This document shows positions 1 to 7,807 of a stretch of 25,468 nt of DNA, one piece after another. The stretch's first letter is position 1; the number at the start of each line of letters is the position of its first letter. The stretch covers positions 1 to 25,468 of IMG/VR virus record IMGVR_UViG_3300020515_000016; one strand, given 5' to 3'. The position numbers and the translations under genes are program-made. The DNA is from a virus (Duplodnaviria; Caudoviricetes). A model generated the notes under the pieces. The model had not been told where the DNA came from and did no database searches. It saw only the letters and a list, made by a program, of their open reading frames with translations.

Positions 1-641
1 ATTCTATCAAACTGTTCTTGAGTAAGAGACTCTAGAAATTGAACGAATTCTTCTTTAGGGTTTTCATTTGCATAGTACATACCATTTTCATCAAACACAT
101 AATCTGCACATTCATAAATCATATCAAATGTCTTTTCTGTTTCAGTTGAATTGATCACATCAGTAATTGGCTTAAATGACCTTAAAGTTGGGAATTTTAA
201 AACAATACCAATTTTATCTGTTATATAAATTTTAGGAGATAAATCAGCGACAGGTGGCTTAATATCTAACACATTTACTGAAACTGGCATCATGTGTTTA
301 CACTCAACCTCGACCTCAGCTCCTTCTTCGCTATTCTCAGTTCCAGTCACGTTACGACAGATAAAAAATGTTTCAATCTTTTCTCCTATAGACCTCGATC
401 GTAAATTTAAAAACAAATACTCAATATCAAAAATAGGTAATTTATCAATATCGATGTCATCAACCAAACAGTTATTAATAATTTGTTTAATGGTTTTGTA
501 CATTGTATCTTCTTCGTTGCTTTGTAAAGCCATAAGAAGTAATTTTTCTTCCTTAACCAAAAATGGTCTAAATTTTATTGGGTTAGGAAGTGATACTAAT
601 TTTAATTCAAATAGTGGCAAATCGATTTTTGGTAAAGGCAT
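1..641 (-). CDS. gp26: T4-like baseplate hub assembly protein gp26 (3' end beyond window edge)
   Basis: Not in the ORF track because it is open at the edge. Reverse complement from ATG at 641 reads MPLPKIDLPLFELKLVSLPNPIKFRPFLVKEEKLLLMALQS..., matching the 'LPK...FRPFLVKEEKxLLMA' N-terminus of gp26; later 'FDIEYLFLNLRSRSIGEKI'. SD-like GAGAG at 651-655 on the minus strand. Confidence 0.88.
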   Translation of the reverse strand, partial: MPLPKIDLPLFELKLVSLPNPIKFRPFLVKEEKLLLMALQSNEEDTMYKTIKQIINNCLVDDIDIDKLPIFDIEYLFLNLRSRSIGEKIETFFICRNVTGTENSEEGAEVEVECKHMMPVSVNVLDIKPPVADLSPKIYITDKIGIVLKFPTLRSFKPITDVINSTETEKTFDMIYECADYVFDENGMYYANENPKEEFVQFLESLTQEQFDR

Positions 642-691
642 AATTATTATCTCTCATACATTTATTGGAGTTAAACATCTTCCTCAACAGA

Positions 692-1417
692 TCACTGTTC
701 AACAGCTTCAAGCTGAGCTTCCTCATAAAACATAGAAACACTCAATTTATGAAATCCATCATCAGCCCAGTTACATGGTAACGAAGAAACATTGATTGGA
801 AATGCGTTTATTATTTTAACACTCATGTATTTTTCATGATCTCCAGAAAAATTTTCTGTGTCTAAGTATTGAATTAGTGTTAAGTCCACCACTATATCAT
901 TAAAATATCTATTACTTGTGGTTGTGTAAGACATTTGATCTACCCAATCATTAAAAAACTCAAATATTTTTGACTGATCATTGTAGTAAAATGATAGAGT
1001 TATTTCATTATAATCTCTTCTATATGGTGTTTTAATTTTTTGCAAACCTGGTATCAAGTATTCTAGTGTGGTAACTGATCTCCCTGGCAATTCAATTGCA
1101 TCGCACAAAAATGTAAAATCTGTTAGTTCGATCAGATTTATTCGCTCCGAAAGCCTTTTCGTTCCAAATGGTTCTTTTACTTTTTCTTTATTAAAAGATG
1201 AGCATTCTGGGAGTGCGTCCAACCTAAATGCGAATTTGCAAGACCGAAGTAAATTATGCTGTGATATTCTTGTTAGAGGGTTGATGTTAGTTGCTGTAAC
1301 CGCAACTTCGGGTAAGGGTGCGTTTGTTTCTGTTTTTGCTGCTACCGTAACTTCTTCAGACACGCCAAGGAATTCGATTGTACCGTCAGGTCTTCGAATT
1401 ATGTTATCGTTTGACAT
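692..1417 (-). CDS. Tail-tube-fold (gp19/gp54-like) baseplate tail-tube initiator
   Basis: Motifs 'FLCDAIELPGRSVTT', 'PYRRDYNEITLSFY', 'FFNDWVD' and 'NAFPINVSSLPCNW...KLSVSMFYE' are typical of the gp19/gp54 tube fold. Lies between gp2 and gp26 and has a ~45-aa N-terminal extension. Confidence 0.75.
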   Translation of the reverse strand: MSNDNIIRRPDGTIEFLGVSEEVTVAAKTETNAPLPEVAVTATNINPLTRISQHNLLRSCKFAFRLDALPECSSFNKEKVKEPFGTKRLSERINLIELTDFTFLCDAIELPGRSVTTLEYLIPGLQKIKTPYRRDYNEITLSFYYNDQSKIFEFFNDWVDQMSYTTTSNRYFNDIVVDLTLIQYLDTENFSGDHEKYMSVKIINAFPINVSSLPCNWADDGFHKLSVSMFYEEAQLEAVEQ

Positions 1418-1962
1418 TATTTCTTATACACCATTTTTGCGGTTGGGAGAAATATTGCCGTTTCCCAACTGTTCGGCTCTATGTAAATTAACGATGAACG
1501 AATGTGACTCAACAGGTATCTCTTTATACACGGTTCAATCATTTTGTATCGACGCGACCTTGATAATAGATCATACGATAAATTAAACTTGGTCGTATCG
1601 TTGTATTTATCGTTATTGGCGAAGTCAATTAACCTATCCAATAACGATAATCTGCTGTATGGGTCCAGGTAATGCAAGTTCAAGCCTAAAAACCCATCGG
1701 AATACATCTCCATAGGAATAACCAATGGGAACTTATCGTAAACTGGTAGAACATCTTTATATTTTGGGTCGTAATGGTACATGTACATACGACCGATAAA
1801 GGCTCTAGGAGAGATTCTGGAAGCGTCGTTTAGAACATTTGAGCGATCTGAGGGGATACGGAGCTGGCTGATTTTCCCACCCAGCCATGCTCTGGCTGCG
1901 TCTGTTCTTGGGCGAATCCCAGCGGCATTCATTTCCTTGCTAATTTTTGTAAATAGTGACAT
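1417..1962 (-). CDS. gp2: DNA end protector protein (T4 gp2)
   Basis: 'GRMYMYHYDPKYKDVLPVYDKFPLV...GFLGLNLHYL...R..LLD' and 'PCIKRYLLSHIRS...WETAIFLPT' are gp2 hallmarks; coupled to gp4 by a TAATG overlap. Confidence 0.92.
   Translation of the reverse strand: MSLFTKISKEMNAAGIRPRTDAARAWLGGKISQLRIPSDRSNVLNDASRISPRAFIGRMYMYHYDPKYKDVLPVYDKFPLVIPMEMYSDGFLGLNLHYLDPYSRLSLLDRLIDFANNDKYNDTTKFNLSYDLLSRSRRYKMIEPCIKRYLLSHIRSSLIYIEPNSWETAIFLPTAKMVYKK
1604..1610 (-). promoter_or_regulatory. Candidate late promoter ATAAATA inside gp2, upstream of the tube initiator
   Basis: tatttat on the plus strand, ~190 nt upstream of the 1417 start. Confidence 0.4.
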
Positions 1963-2396
1963 TATATACCCAAGTCTTTTTCGGTTATGACCTTAAACTT
2001 CCAATTTCGATCTTCACAGTATTCTACTGCTGCGTTCCATTTGGCTTCGTTTACACCCCAAGTTGCAACCTCACGAATGTATTGTTTGGTAACTCGGCTT
2101 CGTTTTTGCGGCGGCTGGGCTTGCATCAGCGGTTTGACCTCAAGAATCATAGCCTCTGTCAGCCCACTTTTATTGCGCATTCTAACGAAAAAGTCTGGGA
2201 AGTATCGGTGCATTTTGTTGTCAATCGGCGATAAATAAGGTATGACGATTTCTTCATTCGACCACTCAATTACATTTGAGTTACCGTCCAGGTGCACCAT
2301 AACTCGGCGTTCCCAGAGCGATCTGTACCAGATGTTCGTGGGATCACCTAAATATTTATTGAAGTTTTTAGGACTAAATTTACCACTGTAAGCCAT
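1962..2396 (-). CDS. gp4: Head completion nuclease (T4 gp4, TnsA-like PD-(D/E)xK fold)
   Basis: 'MAYSGKFSPKNFNKYLGDPTNIWYRSLWE', 'HRYFPDF', 'EVKP', 'NEAKWNAA', 'FKVITEKDL'. Confidence 0.95.
   Translation of the reverse strand: MAYSGKFSPKNFNKYLGDPTNIWYRSLWERRVMVHLDGNSNVIEWSNEEIVIPYLSPIDNKMHRYFPDFFVRMRNKSGLTEAMILEVKPLMQAQPPQKRSRVTKQYIREVATWGVNEAKWNAAVEYCEDRNWKFKVITEKDLGI
2348..2354 (+). promoter_or_regulatory. Candidate late promoter (CTAAATA) for the gp48 arm, inside the gp4 coding region
   Basis: cctaaatatttatt; part of the palindrome TAAATATTTA (2349-2358), ~70 nt upstream of the gp48 ATG. Confidence 0.55.
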
Positions 2397-2400
2397 CTAG

Positions 2401-2408
2401 TATTTATA
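2401..2408 (-). promoter_or_regulatory. T4-type late promoter (TATAAATA) for the gp4-gp2-tube initiator-gp26 arm
   Basis: Plus-strand tatttata is TATAAATA on the minus strand, an exact T4 gp55 consensus, 4 nt upstream of the gp4 ATG. Confidence 0.8.
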
Positions 2409-2421
2409 GGAAAAACAATTC

Positions 2422-3705
2422 ATGGGCGCCACCAGTCGCGATCTCGGTATAGCTGCAGTATATAACCAAGCAGTCACTAATCTAGCCACACAAAGAAGTC
2501 TAGGGAATATTAGTCAAACGCAATTTGAACGAGAGATGGCAACTCTAGAACCATTGCGCGCTCGAGCTGGTTTCGACACTAGAAACGCTAGAAACGAATC
2601 ATCTAGACCGCAAACTCCAACTAGTTCTGCGGAGCAAACCAAACCCCAAGTTACCGACAATAAATTAAACACAGAAAATGCAAATATACAAAATCGAGGA
2701 GTAGATCGCTCTGCTCTTTCGTTGATAAAATTTCCAGCAACAATTGAGGCTGATGCTACGCCATATGTCCTCATTAAAATATTCAAAAGCGCAATAGGTA
2801 CTATCGATCAAACAGAAAATGACGATCCTACTAACAGCATTGTTTCTGGTGTAGAATTTGCTGCATCTGGTATACAAAATGCTATTGATGCTTCGCCAGC
2901 TGCAACTGCAGTAACAGAAAAAGCGAAACAACTTCTTGGTGGGGTTTCTAGCAGTTTAACACAATTAACGGGTGACACATTTAATGTCGGTGCATTTGCA
3001 ACTAAAGCAAAAGATATTCTTACAAATTATGCGCTGAGAAGAAATATCGAGCAGTTAACTTATGCAATTGCATTGACGATGCCAGAAAATTTAGCAGTTT
3101 CGTATCAAAATAATTTTGATCAATTATCTTTAACTTCTGCGCTGGGTGGTTTCGGTTTAGCGGCACAGGCGCTCGCTTCTACAGACGGTAGAGGAGAAAA
3201 CGCGAATCCATTTATCGCCGAAGCAGCAGGTAGAATCGCGGAAAACATATTAAACGAAAACTTTAGAAAATTAGGTTTGTTTGCTGCAACTGGAAGAACT
3301 GTTAATCCACAACTGGAACTAATATACAACTCACCAGCACTACGCCAATTTATATTAGATTTTAGATTAATCCCTAGAAATGCAGATGAGTCTAGCGCCA
3401 TCGGTACTATTTTGCAAGTATTAAAATATCAAGCAGCACCACAAATTTCCGCAGGCACATCTGGAAGATACTTTATTCCGCCATCTCAATTTCAGTTAGA
3501 ATTTTATGATGGTATAGATCACGCAATGCCAAATCAATTTTTATTTAAAACTAAAAAATGCGTGCTAGAAGATATTAGCATAGATTATTCTGGTGGTGGT
3601 TCGTTTACAACATTTTATACTGGCGCACCAGTTGAAATTAGATTAAGTCTTAAATTCACTGAAACTGTAATCATTGACCAAAACGCTGTAGCAGAAGGTT
3701 TCTAA
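2422..3705 (+). CDS. gp48: Baseplate tail-tube cap gp48
   Basis: C-terminal 'IALTMPENLAVSYQNNF', 'GRTVNPQLELIYNSPALRQFILDFRLIPRNADES', 'KKCVLEDISIDYS', 'GAPVEIRLSLKFTET'; SD AGGA at 2408-2411; directly upstream of gp53. Confidence 0.85.
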   Translation: MGATSRDLGIAAVYNQAVTNLATQRSLGNISQTQFEREMATLEPLRARAGFDTRNARNESSRPQTPTSSAEQTKPQVTDNKLNTENANIQNRGVDRSALSLIKFPATIEADATPYVLIKIFKSAIGTIDQTENDDPTNSIVSGVEFAASGIQNAIDASPAATAVTEKAKQLLGGVSSSLTQLTGDTFNVGAFATKAKDILTNYALRRNIEQLTYAIALTMPENLAVSYQNNFDQLSLTSALGGFGLAAQALASTDGRGENANPFIAEAAGRIAENILNENFRKLGLFAATGRTVNPQLELIYNSPALRQFILDFRLIPRNADESSAIGTILQVLKYQAAPQISAGTSGRYFIPPSQFQLEFYDGIDHAMPNQFLFKTKKCVLEDISIDYSGGGSFTTFYTGAPVEIRLSLKFTETVIIDQNAVAEGF

Positions 3706-4388
3706 TGTACTTTAGACAATTCCCAAAAATCCCATATTCCTTTAATCTTACAGACCAAGGAACAGTTACAGCTGTTACAAACATTTTTGCAAGATTTAGT
3801 ATTAATAGCAGCATAGTTGATAATGCTTCTGCATTTTATAAGTATCAAGTTGAAGATACAGATACGCCAGAAACAATCGCTTACAAACAATATGGAGATC
3901 CAGAACTTCATTGGATAATCATATTGGTTAACCAAATTAACGATCCATTATTTGAGTTACCATTACCCATAGATGCTCTAGAAGAAAAAATTGTTAAACA
4001 GTATGGGTATACTTCTATCGCAGAAGCATATTCAACCATTCATCATTATGAATTTGAAGTTAAAAGGGTATTATCAGAAGTAGATGGACCAACTACCACG
4101 ACCACAAATACAAGCATTGTCACACTAGAACAATATAATTACGCATCTAACACCATTATTACGCAACCGCCTAACACAACAATCACTCAAAATGTGACAT
4201 TTTATGCGAATAATTCCAATGCTAATAGCGCGACTGTTGCAACATTAACGATAGCATCAACATACAAACCTGTTTATGTTTATGACCACGAATTAGATTT
4301 AAATGAATCAAAAAGACAAATTAAAATACTAAAGCCACAATATATTGAGTATATAACTGAAGAAATTGGAACAACTTTAAATGCTTAA
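3705..4388 (+). CDS. gp53: Baseplate wedge subunit gp53 (LysM-like)
   Basis: 'MYFRQFPKIPY', 'YQVEDTDTPETIAYKQYGDPELHWIIILVNQI', 'IHHYE', 'NESKRQIKILKPQY'. Confidence 0.92.
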   Translation: MYFRQFPKIPYSFNLTDQGTVTAVTNIFARFSINSSIVDNASAFYKYQVEDTDTPETIAYKQYGDPELHWIIILVNQINDPLFELPLPIDALEEKIVKQYGYTSIAEAYSTIHHYEFEVKRVLSEVDGPTTTTTNTSIVTLEQYNYASNTIITQPPNTTITQNVTFYANNSNANSATVATLTIASTYKPVYVYDHELDLNESKRQIKILKPQYIEYITEEIGTTLNA

Positions 4389-5715
4389 TAATACACCAAA
4401 GACTGCGGATGATGTTGAAATAATAGAACTAACACTAATTAGTTCTAATGGTAAAAACGCAGATTTGAGAAAAATATTCAATACGCTTAATATCTATGAA
4501 GATATTTTTGAACATGTTATCACAGGAACAATTCAACTAATAGATGGTGTTAATCTATTGGGCGAATTTGCTATTCATGGAAACGAGTATTTGAATGTGG
4601 TTTTAAAAAAAGTTGGATTGACTACCAAATACCAAAAACTGTTTAGAATCTATAAAATTACCGACAGAGAAAAATCCCCCGCTTCACAAACACAAACTTA
4701 TGTGTTGCATTTTTGCTCTGAGGAATTAGTATTTTCAAATCAACAATCAATTTCTAGATCATTTTCTGGCAAGAACACCCGCGAATATGTCAAAGCAATA
4801 TGCAAAAGCGATTTGCAAATTCCTGACTCTAAGTTAGGAGCATTTGATCAATCTAAGGGTCCAACTGAATTTGCTTTAACTAGAAAAAACCCATTAGACG
4901 CAATACAATATTTAACAGAGCAATCGTTTGGAGATTCTAACTCACCGTTTTTGTTTTATGAAAACAAGGACGGCTTTAACTTTCAATCGTTGATAAACAT
5001 ATACAAGAGTGGTTCATTGGGTGAACTGGTGTATGATAGAGCAGCATATACAACAGACTCAAATGAAAGCCCATATCTTAATACAAACAAAATTAAAAGT
5101 TTTAAATTTAACAATAATTTTGATATTGTCAAAGCAACTGAAGAAGGCATGTACAGCTCAAAACTATACACGCTCGATCTTGTTAGACAGAAATATGTTA
5201 AAGGTGAAATTTCTATTTTAGATGAACAAACTAAACAAGTTATGATTGATGGATATTTTCCTTTCAACGAAACACCAAATAAGAAAAACGAACCACTATA
5301 CGCTGCTTATGATTCCAAAATTAGATATTGGCTAACAAACAAAGGACATTCAAATTTACCGTATTTTATTTCTAAACGAGTCAGGTCTAACGACACTTAT
5401 GTTGAAGAAATATTAGCACAAAGAAAAATGTTAATTGATGCTATAAATAACACTGAACTACATTGTGTTGTTCCTGGAAACCCGATATACTCTGTTGGTT
5501 ATACTTTAAATATTAAAGTGCCAGCATTTACTGTTGACAAAGACAATCAGCAAAACTATGACGAGTATTACTCGGGCACATATTTAATTTCTGCGGTTAG
5601 AAATGTTATCACGCCAAATGCATGGCAAACTGTATTAGAACTTTCTAAAAACTCATTGTCAGCACCATTGAGTGGTGCTGCTGGCAATTATCATAAAATA
5701 GCCCAGCGAATTTAA
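4381..5715 (+). CDS. Baseplate hub protein (gp27/VgrG-N-like)
   Basis: Position between gp53 and gp5; motifs 'IYEDIF..ITGTIQLIDG', 'FLFYENKDGFNFQSL', 'VPGN..YSVG' and 'YSGTYLISAVRNV' as in the hub-type protein of distant T4-like phages. Confidence 0.7.
   Translation: MLNNTPKTADDVEIIELTLISSNGKNADLRKIFNTLNIYEDIFEHVITGTIQLIDGVNLLGEFAIHGNEYLNVVLKKVGLTTKYQKLFRIYKITDREKSPASQTQTYVLHFCSEELVFSNQQSISRSFSGKNTREYVKAICKSDLQIPDSKLGAFDQSKGPTEFALTRKNPLDAIQYLTEQSFGDSNSPFLFYENKDGFNFQSLINIYKSGSLGELVYDRAAYTTDSNESPYLNTNKIKSFKFNNNFDIVKATEEGMYSSKLYTLDLVRQKYVKGEISILDEQTKQVMIDGYFPFNETPNKKNEPLYAAYDSKIRYWLTNKGHSNLPYFISKRVRSNDTYVEEILAQRKMLIDAINNTELHCVVPGNPIYSVGYTLNIKVPAFTVDKDNQQNYDEYYSGTYLISAVRNVITPNAWQTVLELSKNSLSAPLSGAAGNYHKIAQRI
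5442..5449 (+). promoter_or_regulatory. Late promoter motif TATAAATA upstream of gp5 (inside hub gene)
   Basis: Exact consensus ~270 nt upstream of the gp5 start. Confidence 0.55.
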
Positions 5716-5716
5716 C

Positions 5717-7009
5717 ATGAACAAAGATTTTCTAGGTTTAAATAATTTTGTTTGGTGGTTTGGTGTGGTCGAAGATCGAATAGACCCACTAGAACTTGGT
5801 CGTTGCCGTGTTCGTTGTTTTGGCTGGCACAATGAAAGTCCAAATCAAATACCAGTAGATAAATTGCCATGGGCGCACCCGATAGTTCCTTATGGTCTTA
5901 AGAGCGTTCAACCCCCAACCGAAGGAACCATGGTATTCGGTTTCTTTGCTGACGGTGAAGAAGGACAGTATCCAATTATTATGGGAACTGTTCCAGGAAT
6001 CCCTGACGAAATTCGTGATATTAGTGCTGGTTTCAGTGACCCATTAAGTGCTGCAGATAAACGCAATGCTGCTATGCCGCGCAAAATAGATACTGGTGCA
6101 TCGCAGCTTGGTAAAGATACAAAGGGAATAAGGATCGCAGACGAGGATCCTTCAAGATATCCAAAATATCTAAACGAGCCTACAATATCAAGGCTTGCAA
6201 GACCAGTTCGCGGCGAGAAAGATGGTAAGTTTGATGGCGTTACAAACGAATCTATCGCCAATACAACCATAGATATACAAAGAAAGACCAGAGTCACAGG
6301 CATTCCTACAGCGGCTGCTAGTCAGTGGGACGAAGCCTATCCAAGTTATGCTGCTAAATTCCCATACAACAATGTTACAGAAACCGAGTCTGGGCATGCG
6401 TTTGAGTTAGACGATACCTTTGGCTTTGAGCGTGTGCAACTTTCGCATAGAACAGGAAGCACTCTAGAATTTGCAAATACAGGTGCTACGAAGATAAAAT
6501 CTACTTCTAGCCGCCAAGATATTACTATGGGTGACCAAAGAACTTATGTAAATGGCGACAAGTATGAAACTATAGACGGCGATTATTATCTGCAGATTGG
6601 CGGCAAACTCCGTATTCTTGCTAAATCAGTTGAAATTGTTTCAGGGTCTGGCACTGCTATTTCTGCACCACAGGGTATATCGATAACAGGTGGACAATCT
6701 GTAGCAATAACTGGATTATCTGCTAGTATGTCTGGTGTATCAACTACCGTGAGTGGTGTAAAAACTCAAGTTTCTGGGGAAATGTCAACAACTGTTAGCG
6801 GTGCAGTCACTCATATACTGGGAAATGCTGCCGTTGTTGTGAAGTCACCATATGGTCGTGCAGAACATCTAATTAGCGAAGAACAAGGAATAAAAAACTT
6901 GAATACTTGCACACCTAATCCAATCCCAGACCCGTTGCCTAATGGTCCACCGCCACCATCACCTGTTGTTGCTAGTTTAGATTTCCCAGCATCAAATATT
7001 AATTTTTAA
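5717..7009 (+). CDS. gp5: Baseplate central spike gp5 (OB-fold plus beta-helix, no lysozyme domain)
   Basis: 'FVWWFGVVEDRIDPLELGRCRVRCFGWH...LPWA...VFGFFADG..QYPIIMG' is the OB fold; 'ETESGHAFELDDT..ERVQLSHRTG' and VxG-type repeats form the spike; no T4-lysozyme segment recognised. Confidence 0.92.
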   Translation: MNKDFLGLNNFVWWFGVVEDRIDPLELGRCRVRCFGWHNESPNQIPVDKLPWAHPIVPYGLKSVQPPTEGTMVFGFFADGEEGQYPIIMGTVPGIPDEIRDISAGFSDPLSAADKRNAAMPRKIDTGASQLGKDTKGIRIADEDPSRYPKYLNEPTISRLARPVRGEKDGKFDGVTNESIANTTIDIQRKTRVTGIPTAAASQWDEAYPSYAAKFPYNNVTETESGHAFELDDTFGFERVQLSHRTGSTLEFANTGATKIKSTSSRQDITMGDQRTYVNGDKYETIDGDYYLQIGGKLRILAKSVEIVSGSGTAISAPQGISITGGQSVAITGLSASMSGVSTTVSGVKTQVSGEMSTTVSGAVTHILGNAAVVVKSPYGRAEHLISEEQGIKNLNTCTPNPIPDPLPNGPPPPSPVVASLDFPASNINF

Positions 7010-7023
7010 CACTTGAGAAAATC

Positions 7024-7551
7024 ATGGGATCAGGAATCGCAATTTTACAACGACAGCAAGAAATAAAGACTGAAATGTCTGGAGATAATTTTGCCGCGAA
7101 TGGTGTGTATGGGTTTAGCGCAGATGTCGCTCCATATGTTCCATCGTCTGCACCGCTATCAAGCAGCGATGCATTCTCACCGAAGGCGCAAGATGAGTTG
7201 ATAAACCCATCGCCGAGCACAGTAAACATTGTGAAGGGGCAAGATAACTCAGTTTTCTTACCGAAAACGACTGGAACAGATGTAAAGGTAACTTTTGAAA
7301 ACGGTCGACCAAATGTATCGTTGAGTTTACCGAGCGCTTCATATGAAGAAATAACCAATCTGTTTATACAGGCAATTCTAAAAGGCGAAAGACCACAGCT
7401 TCCACCTAATATTAGAACCAATTTTTCAATCACGCCACCGCGAGACTCGAGTGGAGATAGAGGAGCAGCATCTACTGTCGCATCTCCTTTAAGTAATGCT
7501 ACTCCAAACACGACAACAACGCTTACAGAACAAACAAAAATTCAACTTTAA
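7024..7551 (+). CDS. Hypothetical Pro/Ser/Thr-rich protein downstream of gp5
   Basis: 175-aa ORF filling the gap after gp5 on the operon strand; weak SD (GAGA); no recognised family. Confidence 0.7.
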   Translation: MGSGIAILQRQQEIKTEMSGDNFAANGVYGFSADVAPYVPSSAPLSSSDAFSPKAQDELINPSPSTVNIVKGQDNSVFLPKTTGTDVKVTFENGRPNVSLSLPSASYEEITNLFIQAILKGERPQLPPNIRTNFSITPPRDSSGDRGAASTVASPLSNATPNTTTTLTEQTKIQL

Positions 7552-7557
7552 AATCGA

Positions 7558-7565
7558 ACTAAATA
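7558..7565 (+). promoter_or_regulatory. Late promoter motif ACTAAATA
   Basis: Lies just after the stop at 7551, upstream of the small ORF and the ~680-aa ORF. Confidence 0.55.
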
Positions 7566-7594
7566 TGTGTATAGAATCTAGTGCAATTTATATT

Positions 7595-7807
7595 ATGCAA
7601 TCGATTGACGCGAAAAGAGTCAGTTTGATATCGCTTTCAAAAGAAGAAAAATCTTTTTTGATTTCAAACAATCTGCAAGAAAAAATTGACGCTCACGAGG
7701 CATATATTGGTGCAATGATGCAATTAAAGGATATTGAAGATTCGTGTAGAAAAAAGTATGGTAATGATGTTGTTAATAAATTAATTAGAGGTATGCCGCT
7801 TTCATAA
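7595..7807 (+). CDS. Small hypothetical helical protein (70 aa; start could be 7565)
   Basis: The track ORF 7496-7807 overlaps the previous gene; in-frame ATGs at 7565 and 7595. The late-promoter motif overlapping 7565 favours 7595 (MQSIDAKRVS...). Confidence 0.6.
   Translation: MQSIDAKRVSLISLSKEEKSFLISNNLQEKIDAHEAYIGAMMQLKDIEDSCRKKYGNDVVNKLIRGMPLS

Noticed and set aside
671-694. Only TGA stop among the called genes, followed 7 codons later by an in-frame TAA, suggesting stop-codon reassignment
   Set aside because: All long conserved genes translate intact under the standard code with no internal TGA/TAG, and Trp uses TGG; a TAA bias is expected in AT-rich phage DNA.
292-2238. Plus-strand ORFs 292-735, 1068-1586, 1781-1990, 1956-2234 and 1987-2238
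   Set aside because: Antisense shadows of well-supported minus-strand genes, with no recognisable motifs.
1962-2396. TnsA-like endonuclease suggesting a Tn7-like element or homing endonuclease
   Set aside because: Sequence and synteny (next to gp2, divergent from gp48/gp53) identify it as the core gp4 head-completion protein; no transposon ends or partner genes are seen.
1-5715. Left part looks more AT-rich than the gp6-VrlC region
   Set aside because: Judged only from spot checks; these are core syntenic genes and the difference could reflect codon usage and amino-acid composition rather than horizontal acquisition.
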